Assembly: GCA_965218295.1 (NCBI GenBank)
Contig: CBDCKN010000001.1
Span: forward strand, 34,321 to 98,320
DNA: 64,000 nucleotides
Reading direction: 5' to 3'
From: Longimicrobiales bacterium
Lineage (GTDB): Bacteria > Gemmatimonadota > Gemmatimonadetes > Longimicrobiales > Gaopeijiaceae
Shown: positions 1 to 10,687 of the stretch, one piece after another
Position numbering within the stretch: the first letter of the stretch is position 1
Layout of the letters: each line of letters starts with the position of its first letter
Program-made: the position numbers and the translations under genes
Notes under the pieces: generated by a model
Database searches by the model: none
What the model saw: the letters and a program-made list of their open reading frames with translations, nothing else
Told to the model about the DNA's origin: nothing

Positions 1-150
1 CGAAGACGAGGAGGTGACTCTCCGTCGTTGGGCCTCCCAGGGCCGAGTGGTAACCCTCTCGGAGCTCACCGGCTAGGGGATCCGTCAAGTTGACGGGTGA
101 AGATCGGGGCATGAAGATGAGCCCGTGGCTTTACCCTTGGCCCATAATCC

Positions 151-2886
151 GTGGTGATCCCGATGCGTCCCATAAAGGCTTCCGTCCCAGTCGTCGCGCT
201 CCTTTTCGCGGCCCTGGCGCTTCCCGCCACCGCCCAAGAGACGGTAACCTCACCCGAGCAGCAGTTCGGGCATGAGATTGGAGCGGACTACCAGCTCCCC
301 AACTACACGCAGCTCTACGAGTACTGGCACAAGCTGGCCCGCGAGTCGGATCGAATGTCGGTCCACGACATCGGCCTCACCTCCGAGGGGAGGCCCCAGA
401 TCATGGCGATCATCACGTCGCCAGAGAATCGTCTGAACCTCGACCGCTACCGCGAGATCTCACGACGCCTGGCGAAGGCGAAGGGGGTCTCTGAGGAGCA
501 GGCCCGGGCGTTGTCCCAGGAGGGCAAGGCCGTGGTCTGGATCGACGGTGGCCTCCACGCTACGGAGGTTCTCGGAGCCCAGCAGCTCATGGAGATGGTG
601 TACCGGATGGTGAGCCGGTCGGACCCGGAGACGCTGCGGATCCTGGATGATGTGATCCTGCTGGCGGTACACGTGAACCCCGACGGTATGGAGCTCGTGT
701 CCGACTGGTACATGCGGGAGGACGATCCGCTGAAGCGGAGCACAAGCGGAGTCCCCGTCCTGTACAACAAGTACGCCGGTCATGACAACAACCGGGACTT
801 CTACATGTCGGCGCTGGCTGAGACCACCAACATCAACCGGGTGATCTACCGGGAGTGGTACCCACACATCGTATACAACCACCATCAAACGGGTCCTTCG
901 GGCACCGTCATGTTCGCGCCCCCGTTCCGGGATCCCCCGAATCCGAACCTGGACCCCATCATCCTCACCAGCCTCGACGGGGTGGGCGCAGCCATGCATG
1001 GCCGGTTTGTTCGCGAGGGGAGGGGGGGCACCACCATGCGTTCCGGTGCGAGCTACTCCACCTGGTGGAACGGCGGACTGCGCACCACGCCCTACTTCAA
1101 GAACATGATCGGTCTCCTCACAGAGACCATCGGCAACCCGACGCCCGTCGAGATTCCGTTCATGCCCGAGCGCCAGCTGGCCAGCGGCAACCTTCCGCTG
1201 CCCGTCGAACCGGGTGTCTGGCACTTCCGCCAGTCGATCGAATACTCGCAGACGGCGAACTGGGCGGTCCTCGACTACGCCTCCAGGAATCGCGACCAGC
1301 TGCTGTACAACATCTGGCGCATGGGCATGAACTCGATCGAGCGCGGCAGCCGGGACACCTGGACGGTGCTGCCCTTCGAGGTTGAAGATGCAGCCGCAAG
1401 CCTCGGTGCCGGGGAGGCCGGATCGGCCGAGGACTTCCAGAAAATGCTTCACCCCCGGGCTGGACGGGATCCCCGGGGGTTCATTGTGCCACGGGGTCAG
1501 GCGGACTTCGCCACCGCCACCAAGTTCGTGAACGCGCTTCTGAAGAACGGGGTGGACGTGCACCGGGCTACGGCGGACTTCACCGTAGCCGGTCGGCGCT
1601 ACGCCGAAGGCTCCTATGTGGCGAAGACCGATCAGGCCTTCCGGCCGCACGTGATGGACATGTTCGAGCCCCAACAGCATCCCAACGACTTCGCCTATCC
1701 GGGCGGACCTCCCACGCCTCCGTACGACAACGCGGGATGGACGCTGGCCTATCAGATGGGCGTCGAGTTCCACCGGATTCTGGACGGCTTCGACGGACCC
1801 TTCGAGATGATCGAGGGGCTGGCTGACACACCTCCGGGACAGGTGATGGCCTCGGCCTCAGCGGCCGGCTACGTGTTCGATCATCGCCACAACGGCTCCT
1901 TCCTGGTTCTGAACCGGCTTCTGGCCGGGGGCAGCGACGTTTACTGGCTCCTGGAGGCTCCGAAGGGGGCGAATCTCCCCAAGGGGGCCTTCTACGTGCC
2001 GGGAAGCCAGGTCGACGACTATGCGCTGACGACGTTGGCTGCCGAGACAGGAGTGAGCTTCCAGGCGGTCAGGGCCCCCATGGGCGAGACGCTCAGGTTG
2101 CGTCGCCCGCGGATCGGGCTCTGGGATCGCTACGGGGGATCCATGCCCTCGGGGTGGACTCGCATGATCTTGGAGGACTTCGGGTTCGATTTCGAGGTGG
2201 TCTATCCCTCGGAGCTGACCGACGGAAGTCTGGGCGACCGGTTCGACGTGCTGGTCTTCGAGGACGGTGGGATTCCGGCTCCCAGCGACCGGACCCAGGG
2301 TGGTGGAGATGGGCGACGCCAACCGGCGGATCCGGCCACGATTCCCGAGGAGTTCCGTAGCCGTCTCGGATCCGTCACAGCCGACGGGACCGTGCCTGAG
2401 ATCCTGGAGTTCGCCCGAGGCGGAGGGACCGTCATCGCCATCGGCAGCTCTTCGGTGCTGGGCTACTACGCCGGTCTCCCGATGAGCAACCATTTGGTCG
2501 AGAATGGCCAGCCGCTGGCGGAAGAGCAGTACTACACGCCCGGATCCGTTCACTCGCTCAAACTCGAGCACGTCAGCCCGGTGACGCACGGGCTCGGTGA
2601 GCGCCTGAACGTTCTCATCAGCCACAGCCCTCTCTTCCGACTCGAGCCCGGGTGGGAGGGGCAGGGGGTCAAACGCATCGGCTGGTTCGATACCGATCAG
2701 CCCCTGAGAAGCGGGTGGGCGTGGGGCCAGGAGCGCATGCAGAACGGCACGGCTTTGATCGAAGCGCCCCTCGGAGACGGGAAGCTCTTCCTCTTCTCGC
2801 CCAGGATCACGTTTCGTTCCCAGTCCCACGCGGCGTTCCCGCTTCTCTTCAACGGGATCTTCTACGGCTCGGCTCAGGAGCCTTAA
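151..2886 (+). CDS. Secreted M14-family zinc carboxypeptidase with C-terminal glutamine-amidotransferase-like domain
   Basis: 911-aa ORF with signal peptide; zinc motifs GLHATE, NPDG, DNNRD, YNHHQ. True start may be ATG 163. Confidence 0.88.
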   Translation: MVIPMRPIKASVPVVALLFAALALPATAQETVTSPEQQFGHEIGADYQLPNYTQLYEYWHKLARESDRMSVHDIGLTSEGRPQIMAIITSPENRLNLDRYREISRRLAKAKGVSEEQARALSQEGKAVVWIDGGLHATEVLGAQQLMEMVYRMVSRSDPETLRILDDVILLAVHVNPDGMELVSDWYMREDDPLKRSTSGVPVLYNKYAGHDNNRDFYMSALAETTNINRVIYREWYPHIVYNHHQTGPSGTVMFAPPFRDPPNPNLDPIILTSLDGVGAAMHGRFVREGRGGTTMRSGASYSTWWNGGLRTTPYFKNMIGLLTETIGNPTPVEIPFMPERQLASGNLPLPVEPGVWHFRQSIEYSQTANWAVLDYASRNRDQLLYNIWRMGMNSIERGSRDTWTVLPFEVEDAAASLGAGEAGSAEDFQKMLHPRAGRDPRGFIVPRGQADFATATKFVNALLKNGVDVHRATADFTVAGRRYAEGSYVAKTDQAFRPHVMDMFEPQQHPNDFAYPGGPPTPPYDNAGWTLAYQMGVEFHRILDGFDGPFEMIEGLADTPPGQVMASASAAGYVFDHRHNGSFLVLNRLLAGGSDVYWLLEAPKGANLPKGAFYVPGSQVDDYALTTLAAETGVSFQAVRAPMGETLRLRRPRIGLWDRYGGSMPSGWTRMILEDFGFDFEVVYPSELTDGSLGDRFDVLVFEDGGIPAPSDRTQGGGDGRRQPADPATIPEEFRSRLGSVTADGTVPEILEFARGGGTVIAIGSSSVLGYYAGLPMSNHLVENGQPLAEEQYYTPGSVHSLKLEHVSPVTHGLGERLNVLISHSPLFRLEPGWEGQGVKRIGWFDTDQPLRSGWAWGQERMQNGTALIEAPLGDGKLFLFSPRITFRSQSHAAFPLLFNGIFYGSAQEP

Positions 2887-2895
2887 CGGAAACCA

Positions 2896-2937
2896 TAGGG
2901 GGGTCGTCTGAGTTTCTTGAGACGACCCCCTCCTTTA
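2896..2937 (+). terminator. Rho-independent terminator
   Basis: Hairpin gggggtcgtct...agacgaccccc followed by tccttt just after the peptidase stop. Confidence 0.6.
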
Positions 2938-3002
2938 TTCGCATCGCTGTCGCACGCGACGGCGACGGGGGAACCTGCCGCTGGCGGGTCGATAGAACAT
3001 AG

Positions 3003-4136
3003 ATGAGCCGAGCCGCTGCTAGGAGCGGATCGGCCGCCGCAGGTCCGGAGAGTCATGTGAGTAGGAAGATCGGAAAGATCCTGATGTTCGCCCTGGTTTT
3101 GCCCGGGGTGTGGGTTGATGGGGCTTCGGCCCAGATCACGGGCGTCGTCACGGCGAGGGGTGGAGTACTGCTGGAGGGTGTTGCCGTCGAGGTTTGGACG
3201 GCGAGCGCACGCATCGCGGCGCGTCTCACCAACTCCAATGGGCGTTTCTTTTTCCCCGAGAGCATCGCGTTTCGGGCCGTCACTCTGCAGGTGGGGGCCC
3301 TGGGCTTCAAGACACGGGAGGTCATCGTCGAGGAGGGTGTGGACGAGTACGCCATCCAGCTCGACGAGGAACCTCTGCTTCTCGAGGGGCTCGTGGTGAC
3401 GACGGAAGAAGCCACCTGTGAGATGGGGCGGGACGACAAAAAGGCGAGGCAGCTGTGGCAGTTCGCCCGGCTGCGATACCACGGAATCATGGACACCCTT
3501 GGCGTAGCGACGTACCTGGCCGAGGCCGACACCGTAGTGCCCCTCTCCAAGTTGGGGCCGTTGGACCTGCCCGCTCTTGCCCTGAGCCAGCGCGGATCGT
3601 CGTCGCTCCTGCGCTTCAGCTGGACCCGGCGCATCCGGCGTGACGGATACGCCTTCAAGGTTCGGCGCACCGACGGAGCCCGCCCCTACGACTCCTGGGT
3701 GTATCCGCCCCTGGACGCCGACTTCGCTCCCCACTTCGTCGACGACCTCTTCGGGGAGCGGCATCGCTTTGTCGTGGAGCACGAGGGCCCCGACGGATGG
3801 ACCCTGGCCTACTGCCCGAAGAAGGACAACAAGCCCACCATCAAGGGTACCATCGTCCTTGCACGGGACACCTCGTTCACCTCCGTCGAGTGGCTGTTCC
3901 AGACGCCGGATCCGGTAGAGCACGCCGGGGGCCGCGCCGTCTTCGCGCCGCCGCTCCCGGGTCACGAGCTGGTCTATCTGCTGCCGAGCGAGGCGATCGT
4001 CTGGCGTGAGGTGCCCGGCGGCGAGTATCTGCAGCGTTATCAGCGCTTCGAGGGTTGGCTCGTGGCGCCGGGAGACTCCGTGCCGGCCCTTCCGTTGCAC
4101 CGGAAGAGCGAGCGGGGAGCTTCGCGAAGGAACTGA
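3003..4136 (+). CDS. Exported protein with carboxypeptidase-regulatory-like (beta-sandwich) N-terminal domain
   Basis: Signal peptide ending ASAQ, then ITGVV...LEGVAV...TNSNGRF...ALGF, and LEGLVVT pattern. Confidence 0.6.
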   Translation: MSRAAARSGSAAAGPESHVSRKIGKILMFALVLPGVWVDGASAQITGVVTARGGVLLEGVAVEVWTASARIAARLTNSNGRFFFPESIAFRAVTLQVGALGFKTREVIVEEGVDEYAIQLDEEPLLLEGLVVTTEEATCEMGRDDKKARQLWQFARLRYHGIMDTLGVATYLAEADTVVPLSKLGPLDLPALALSQRGSSSLLRFSWTRRIRRDGYAFKVRRTDGARPYDSWVYPPLDADFAPHFVDDLFGERHRFVVEHEGPDGWTLAYCPKKDNKPTIKGTIVLARDTSFTSVEWLFQTPDPVEHAGGRAVFAPPLPGHELVYLLPSEAIVWREVPGGEYLQRYQRFEGWLVAPGDSVPALPLHRKSERGASRRN

Positions 4137-4377
4137 CGAAGGGTGCGGGAGCTCTGCGACGTTGCCGCCGCACGAGACCGCGAAGAAGCACTAGGGGACC
4201 CGCGCCGGCTCCATCCGATCTGTCTGTCCCGTATCCATGGGTGGAGGAGCGTTGGGGCAAGCCGCATCCGAGACCCTGACGGGGGCACAACTCCTTGATT
4301 TTCACCCGAAAAAGCCCGAACCTTTTGCGCCTCTCTCTTGGCATGAAACTGCCCTCATCCTGACATTTCGGAGCTCT

Positions 4378-5193
4378 GTGAGCCGCGAATCCTCTCTGGT
4401 CGCCCGCACGCCCGAGGCACTGACCCGGATGCTTGCCGCACTCGGCCGCACCTCGAAACTGTTCGCCGAGCACGCGGGACAGCTGGGTCTACTCGTGTGG
4501 AACATAGGCGTGGCCTTCGCGCGCTTTCGCGTGTCGGGCAGGGACATACTGAGGCAGATCTACATCGTCGGAATCCAGAGCATCCCCATCGTCTTGGTGG
4601 CTGCCGGGCTCATCGGAGTCGTGACCAGCCAGCAGGGCGGCTATCAGATGCAGAGCAATCTGCCTCTCTACGTCATGGGCTCCGTCGTCGTGGAGAGCGT
4701 GATTCTCGAGATGGGGCCCGTCCTCACGGCCATCGTCATGATTGGGAGGGTGGGCGCGCGTTTCACCGCCGAGCTGGGGACCATGAAGGTCTCCGAGCAG
4801 ATCGACGCGCTCTACTCCGTGGGGCGGGATCCGGTCGAGATTCTGGCGGCCCCTCGGGTTCTGGCCCTCATGATCTCCATGCCGATCCTCGTGGCCATGG
4901 CCAACGTTGTGGGAATCCTGACGGGAATGGTCTCCGCCCAGTTCACCCTCGGCCTGGGTCAGGAGACGTTCTTCTACGGGGCGCGGCTCTTCTGGCACTC
5001 GTACGACCTGTTCTACTCGCTCCTGAAGGCGTTCGTCTTCGGAGCGGCGATCCCCGTCATCGCGATTCACATGGGTTTGCGAACGGCCGGTGGCGCGGAG
5101 GGGGTGGGACGGACCACGACTCAGTCGGTCGTGTTCATGACTCTGACGATCCTGATCATCGACGCCATGTTCCCTCCACTCTTCTTGCAGTAG
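4378..5193 (+). CDS. mlaE: MlaE-family ABC permease
   Basis: EMGPVLTAIVMIGRVGA..AELGTMKVSEQIDAL and GGAEGVGRTTT motifs; start GTG 4378 or ATG 4429 is uncertain. Confidence 0.9.
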   Translation: MSRESSLVARTPEALTRMLAALGRTSKLFAEHAGQLGLLVWNIGVAFARFRVSGRDILRQIYIVGIQSIPIVLVAAGLIGVVTSQQGGYQMQSNLPLYVMGSVVVESVILEMGPVLTAIVMIGRVGARFTAELGTMKVSEQIDALYSVGRDPVEILAAPRVLALMISMPILVAMANVVGILTGMVSAQFTLGLGQETFFYGARLFWHSYDLFYSLLKAFVFGAAIPVIAIHMGLRTAGGAEGVGRTTTQSVVFMTLTILIIDAMFPPLFLQ

Positions 5194-5203
5194 GGGGGTT
5201 ACG

Positions 5204-6001
5204 GTGCCACCTCAGGGCAACGGATCGGGACCGGTCATCGAGTACATGAACGTCTTCAAGGCCTTCGACGCTCCCGTTCTCTCCGGGGTCAACCTCTCCG
5301 TGCAGAGGGGTGAGATGTTCGCCCTCTTCGGTCCCTCGGGTACCGGCAAGAGCGTGCTCCTCAAGACCACGACGGCGTTGATCACGCCCGACCAAGGCGA
5401 CGTGCGGGTGGCCGGCGAGTCGGTCTACTTTGGGGATCGGCGGTCACTGGAGCGGATCCGAGAGAAGGTCGGGTACGTATTTCAATACGCCGCTCTCTTC
5501 GATTCGCTCACCGTCTTCGAGAATATCGAGATGGGGATTTCGGAGAAGGCCCTTCGGGGCATGGGCAGAGCCGAAGTGAAGCGCCGGGCCTGGGAATCTC
5601 TCGAGCTCGTGCACCTCGAGCCGAGTCAGGTCCTGGGGAAGCTCCCGGCGGAGCTATCCGGGGGCATGAAGAAGCGAGTGGGGATCGCCAGGGCCATCGC
5701 GGGCCGTCCGGAGATTCTCCTGTGGGACGAGCCCACTACGGGGCTCGATCCCGTAAACACTGCCGCCATCGAGAGGCTGATCACGCGGCTATCCGACGAG
5801 CTGCACACGACGTCGCTCCTCGTCACCCACGACGTGGAAGGTGGCCTGGAGATGTGCGATCGGGTCGCAATGCTAGAGGGCGGGACGCTTCGATTCTGCG
5901 GAACGCCCGAGGCCTTCAGGGTGAGTGACGATCCGGTGGTGAAGGCGTTTGGCGATCGAGCCGCCGCGATAGCAGCTCTGGACGTGTTGGAAGTCACCTA
6001 G
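5204..6001 (+). CDS. mlaF: MlaF-family ABC ATP-binding protein
   Basis: Walker A GPSGTGKS, signature LSGGMKKRV, Walker B LLWDEPT; located between mlaE and mlaD. Confidence 0.9.
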   Translation: MPPQGNGSGPVIEYMNVFKAFDAPVLSGVNLSVQRGEMFALFGPSGTGKSVLLKTTTALITPDQGDVRVAGESVYFGDRRSLERIREKVGYVFQYAALFDSLTVFENIEMGISEKALRGMGRAEVKRRAWESLELVHLEPSQVLGKLPAELSGGMKKRVGIARAIAGRPEILLWDEPTTGLDPVNTAAIERLITRLSDELHTTSLLVTHDVEGGLEMCDRVAMLEGGTLRFCGTPEAFRVSDDPVVKAFGDRAAAIAALDVLEVT

Positions 6002-6053
6002 TGTTCCGTTTCCGAAGTCCGGGAGCCGAGACACTTTGGTAACGGGACACTAG
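5998..6053. mobile_element. IS630-type MITE (short form), CTAG-flanked
   Basis: ctagtgttccgtt...aacgggacactag terminal IR; shares gccgagacactt core with 11433 and 21653. Confidence 0.7.
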
Positions 6054-6075
6054 AACGGGTATTCGGGAGCATCCA

Positions 6076-7026
6076 TTGGAGATACGGAACGACCAGAGCC
6101 CCACGGACCAGGAGATCGAGCAGGCCGTCCCTCAACAGGCTGGCCGGCGGGACGTCCGGGTCGGATTGTTCGTGCTCGTCGGCCTCGCCGCGACGATCTA
6201 TCTGCTCTATCTCCTGACGGATCCGGCTACTTTCCGGGGCAGGTACAAGATCACGACCACCGTCGAGAACGTGATGGGGCTCCGCAAAGGCGATCCCGTC
6301 CAGATGCGCGGTGTGAACATCGGGCGGGTCCACGACTTCAGTCTGGACCGGGATACGGAGGACGTCGTGGTCGTTCTCGAGATCGAGGGCCAGTGGCGTA
6401 TCCCCGAGGGGTCGCGCACCGAGATCGTAAGCCCGGGACTCATGTCCCCCAGGACCGTGATGGTCGTGCCGGGCGACGGGCCGGGCGAGATTTCGGCCGG
6501 CGCGACCCTCCCGGGGACGGCGGTGAAGGGGCTCCTGGACGACACCGAATCCTTGGGTGAGAAGGGCGAGGCCTTTCTCGACCAGATAACCGCGCTCCTT
6601 TCGGACTCCACCATCGCCGCCGTGGGCGGAAGCGCCCAGGATCTCCAGGCGATCCTGAACGAGCTCGCCGACCTCATGGGCTCCCAGAGCGAAGAGCTCG
6701 AGGATCTCATCGCCTCCTTGAACCGTGCCGCCGACGGCCTGGCCGATGTCACCGGCCCCGAGCTCAGGGACGACATCTCGAGCACGGTATCCCAGGCCGA
6801 CTCCCTCATGGGGAGCCTAAGCGCCACGTCGGCGCGCCTCGACCGGGCGGCCACCTCCCTGGAGGCGATCCTCGGCCGGATGGAGCGGGGTGAGGGCACG
6901 CTCGGGCAGCTTTCTGTCAACGACTCGCTCTACGTGAGCCTGAACGCGGCCGTGGCGAGCGTGCGCCTTCTCATGGACGACCTACGGGCCAATCCGGGGC
7001 GCTACATCAACCTGTCGATCTTCTAG
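6076..7026 (+). CDS. mlaD: MlaD/MCE-family protein
   Basis: N-terminal TM, GLRKGDPVQMRGVNIGRV MCE motif, helical tail ending GTLGQL..NPGRYINLSIF. Confidence 0.88.
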   Translation: MEIRNDQSPTDQEIEQAVPQQAGRRDVRVGLFVLVGLAATIYLLYLLTDPATFRGRYKITTTVENVMGLRKGDPVQMRGVNIGRVHDFSLDRDTEDVVVVLEIEGQWRIPEGSRTEIVSPGLMSPRTVMVVPGDGPGEISAGATLPGTAVKGLLDDTESLGEKGEAFLDQITALLSDSTIAAVGGSAQDLQAILNELADLMGSQSEELEDLIASLNRAADGLADVTGPELRDDISSTVSQADSLMGSLSATSARLDRAATSLEAILGRMERGEGTLGQLSVNDSLYVSLNAAVASVRLLMDDLRANPGRYINLSIF

Positions 7027-7076
7027 AACCCCCCAGACCCTTTCGAACCTCCTCCACGCTCAGGACCCTGCTTCCC

Positions 7077-7170
7077 GGGAAAGCTCCCCGAGTCACTCTT
7101 CGAGACGTATACGTATCTTTATGTCGTGAGTATACGTACGAGGCTGTGCTGCGGCATGGAGAGACACACT
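7077..7170 (-). repeat. Dispersed palindromic repeat, copy A
   Basis: Reverse complement aligns with 18339-18430 (tgtctctccatgc.gcagcac.gcctcgtacgtatactcacga.ata.agatacgta). Confidence 0.85.
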
Positions 7171-7299
7171 CGATTGGATGTCTCGTCGCGCTATAGCCCG
7201 AGGGTGGGGAAGGTGCCAATCGCCGGCGGTTGAGCGCCGGGCTCCCCACGGGAGCCCGGGCCTATTGCCATGTAGCCGACAGCGTTGACCCGGCAGCGA

Positions 7300-10200
7300 C
7301 TACCAGCCGGGCGAGAGCAGGAAGCCCCAGTGCGCTCCCTTGTCGGGCCGCTGGAAGGGATAGGCGTAGTAGGCCTCCAGAATCAGGAACCCGAGGATGT
7401 TGAAACGGGCGCTCGCGCCGGCGGAGAACACCGGGACACGCTTTCCACTGGACCGCACGAAGTCGAAGTCGACCTCGTCCAGGGAATTCCACGCCAGTCC
7501 GGCATCGGCGAAGAGCACGAACTCGGTGGGCAGGAACGGAAAGTTCAGGAGGCCGAACTGCGGGGTCCCGAGCACCGGCACGCGCATCTCGAGGTTGGCC
7601 ACGGCCAACCGATGTCCGAAGAGACGGTCGAAGCCGGCACAGCTGCCGGCCACGGAGCCGGGCTCGATGGAGCTTAATTCACACTCCTCGGGCTCGAAGC
7701 TCTCGAAGGCGTATCCACGGACGAAGGTCTCCCAGCCCAGGAAGTACGGCTGAATCGCCGAGTTCCTCCGATCCGGATCGAGGTTCTTGCCGTAGCGTCC
7801 GAAGTGGAGGCCTCTGGCCGCGAACGTGAAGTTACGCGTCGGGCTCAGATAGCGCCGGAAGTCTGCCACGATCGTGGAGAAGTTGAGCGTGCCCAGGGTC
7901 TGGCCCACTTCCAGGCGGAAGCGGCCGCCGCCCACGGGTGACGTGAACCCGGTAAGCGAGTTGTCGCCCACGAGAGCGATCGAAGCCGAGAACATGTTGA
8001 GGGGAGGAAAAATCGGCGGCAGCGACACCCGGGCCGCAGCCCCGAAGCCACCGAACCGATTGAAGTAGTACCGATCCTCTTCGGCGTCGGAGGACCAGCG
8101 CTGAACTCCGATGTTGCCCTCCACCCGTCTCGTCGTCGAGAAGGGATAGGCAAGGAGAAGGCTGGTCTGGGTCAGGAAGATCCGATTGCGAACAAGGCCC
8201 TGGTACGTGCCGTTCTCGTCCTGGTCGATCGTCCAGTAGCCAAAGAGGTAGGGAATCCGTCCAGCCGAGACTCCCCAGTTCAGCCGCTTCTCCTGGTTCA
8301 AATAGTAGAGCTGGCCACCGATGTCCTTGTAGGTGCCGTTCGCCTGGAAGGCGACGCCCAGGGACCGATTCCCGAGCATGTCGCTGAAGAACGCCGAGGC
8401 ACCACCACCCACATAGTTCCCGAACCGGTCCGTGCCCACGCCCAGCGCCGGCTGTCCCACGTAGTCAAGTGAGAGGGACGAGTCATACTTGACGGCATTC
8501 TCGACCAGGTAGGTGCCGGTAGGCTCGAGGCCGGTCTGGGCATCGGCCAGATAACCCGCGATTCGGCTCGACCGCGTCGGCAGGCTCGGGGGCAGGAGCC
8601 GCCCGGGCTGACGCTCTGCAGAGGCCGTGACGATCTCGCCACCGGCGTCTGCTTCCCCCGCCTGCAGGCTGTACACGTGGAACTCGAAGGCATCGAAGAC
8701 GGTGAAGAGGATCGTCCCCGCCTCACTAGCCACAGAGAGGGTCGGCGACATGCCAGTGATCCCGCTCACTGCAGTGGACAAACGTGTGATGCGGCGAATG
8801 TCCGTGGTGGCGAACTCGTACTGGTAGATGTCGCTGAAGCCATCCTGATCCGAGACGAAGTAGAGGCTCCGGCCATCCGGGGCGTACTGCGGGTTCATGT
8901 GCTTCACGTTGCCGAAGATGTCCATCACCTCGACCTCGCCCGTTCTGACGTTCGCGAAAGCGATCTGGGGCTTGCTGTACTTGAGGTTCTCGAAATCCGT
9001 GATGCTGCCTCGGTCGGACGCGAAGGCGATGGTGGTGCCGTCGGGCGACCAGGTCGGCTGAAGGTCGGCGAACTTGTCGTTCGTGAGCTGGCGCAGGGCG
9101 CCGGTCTCGACGTCCCAGACGTAGATATCGCTCACGCCTCCCTGCATCCCCGAAAAGGCGATGTACTGTCCGTTCGGGGACCACGCGGGGGCGGTGATAG
9201 CTCCGACCTCGTCCAGGTCGATCTTCCGCTCGATTTTACCGCTGCCGACCTCGACTATGGCCAGCTCGTTGTCACCCTCGGCGAACACCGTGAACACGAA
9301 CTTCTCCCCATCGGGGGACCAGGCCCCGGCGGAGTCGATGAACCGCAGGGCGTCGAAGTGGGGATCGGCGTTGGCGCTCACGAGCTTGCGTTGGATCTCA
9401 CCCGTGCGGGCGTCGGCTATGAAGAGATCGATGCCGAAGAGGTCCTTCTCCGAGAGGAAGGCGACCAATCGCCCGTCAGGGCTCACCGCAGGCGAGACGT
9501 TCTGCTTGCCCGCCCCCGTGGACGGGGCGAGGAGCAGCGCTCCGGACTCACTGGGCGCCCGCCGCCCACCCATGAGCGGCAGGTACTCGTTCTCCACTGC
9601 TTCCCGCCACTCCACGGACAGACTGTCCGAGGACGTGCCCAGAACCTGCTGAAGAGCCGGCTCCCAACCCACGCGCAGGGACCGCCGGTAGAGATCCACG
9701 ACTCTTTCGTCGCCGTACGTGCCCCCGATGTAAGCCCAGAGTGCCTGACCGAACCGATAGGGGAAGAAGCGACGCTCATTGGTCATCTGCTTGATCGTGG
9801 GGAGGTCCTCCCGCTGGATGGCGTCTCTCAACCACATGGCGGTGAGCGGGTCCTCACGGCCCACCGAGAGGTACTCGGCCATCCCCTCGATCAACCAAAG
9901 GGGCAGGAGCGATAGGCCCCTGATTCCGGCTCCGGAGCGACCCTGGGCCACATTGTACTGGAACGCATGGACCAACTCGTGGCCGAGCACGTGGTCCGTG
10001 TCCCAATAGGACCCCGTGAGGGGCATGATGACGCGATTCTTCAGCGACTCCGTGACGCCACCCGTTCCCTCGCTGAGGGATCCTCTGAGCGTATTGGTCT
10101 GCTGGAAGTCGGGATGGTCCGCGTACAGGATGATGGGCTTGGGCTTCTCGAATTCGTGCTGGAACAGGCGTGCCAGACGCTCATACCAGCGCTCGCTCAT

Positions 10201-10425
10201 GCGTGCCGCGTCTTCGACGGCCTCCCCCTCCTCCGGGTAGAAGTGGATGTCGAAGTGGGGCGTCTTGAGGATCTTGAAGTCGAAGGTCTCGTACTGGACC
10301 TTGTTCCGCCCGAAGTACTGGGCCGACGCGGGAAACGGAAGAGTCAGGACGGCCGAACATGCCACGAGGGCGGCTACCAGGCGCGTCATCGACCCTACGG
10401 CCCGAACTCGGTTGGGGAACTTCAT
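7300..10425 (-). CDS. Omp85/BamA-family protein with N-terminal HExxH metallopeptidase-like and PD40/TolB beta-propeller domains
   Basis: HELVH..WLIEGMAEY, repeated PAWSPDG motifs, C-terminal VRGY motif and terminal W. Confidence 0.82.
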   Translation of the reverse strand: MKFPNRVRAVGSMTRLVAALVACSAVLTLPFPASAQYFGRNKVQYETFDFKILKTPHFDIHFYPEEGEAVEDAARMSERWYERLARLFQHEFEKPKPIILYADHPDFQQTNTLRGSLSEGTGGVTESLKNRVIMPLTGSYWDTDHVLGHELVHAFQYNVAQGRSGAGIRGLSLLPLWLIEGMAEYLSVGREDPLTAMWLRDAIQREDLPTIKQMTNERRFFPYRFGQALWAYIGGTYGDERVVDLYRRSLRVGWEPALQQVLGTSSDSLSVEWREAVENEYLPLMGGRRAPSESGALLLAPSTGAGKQNVSPAVSPDGRLVAFLSEKDLFGIDLFIADARTGEIQRKLVSANADPHFDALRFIDSAGAWSPDGEKFVFTVFAEGDNELAIVEVGSGKIERKIDLDEVGAITAPAWSPNGQYIAFSGMQGGVSDIYVWDVETGALRQLTNDKFADLQPTWSPDGTTIAFASDRGSITDFENLKYSKPQIAFANVRTGEVEVMDIFGNVKHMNPQYAPDGRSLYFVSDQDGFSDIYQYEFATTDIRRITRLSTAVSGITGMSPTLSVASEAGTILFTVFDAFEFHVYSLQAGEADAGGEIVTASAERQPGRLLPPSLPTRSSRIAGYLADAQTGLEPTGTYLVENAVKYDSSLSLDYVGQPALGVGTDRFGNYVGGGASAFFSDMLGNRSLGVAFQANGTYKDIGGQLYYLNQEKRLNWGVSAGRIPYLFGYWTIDQDENGTYQGLVRNRIFLTQTSLLLAYPFSTTRRVEGNIGVQRWSSDAEEDRYYFNRFGGFGAAARVSLPPIFPPLNMFSASIALVGDNSLTGFTSPVGGGRFRLEVGQTLGTLNFSTIVADFRRYLSPTRNFTFAARGLHFGRYGKNLDPDRRNSAIQPYFLGWETFVRGYAFESFEPEECELSSIEPGSVAGSCAGFDRLFGHRLAVANLEMRVPVLGTPQFGLLNFPFLPTEFVLFADAGLAWNSLDEVDFDFVRSSGKRVPVFSAGASARFNILGFLILEAYYAYPFQRPDKGAHWGFLLSPGW

Positions 10426-10687
10426 GTAACACCTCTATCTGTGACGGACCAACCCAAAGCACCGGCAAAGTACTGCCTCACCGAACCAAGGCTCAACTTC
10501 GGCCTCCCGCGACCTCGATGCTCCGGGTCCCCCTCCCAGTCGTCCGAAGCGAGCCCTCCAGAGAAGGAACGCCTCAGATGGGTCGACGCGTTCCAGCGTC
10601 GGCCCTTTACTGCGTTCCACCTCCTGTGCAAGATTCCTGCCCGGAGCGACGCACTCCCCCGCATAGGAACTCTTTACTGGACACCAC

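Noticed and set aside
4339..4353. Sigma-54-like tggcatgaaactgc upstream of mlaE
   Set aside because: The GG-to-GC spacing is 9 nt, not the required 10.
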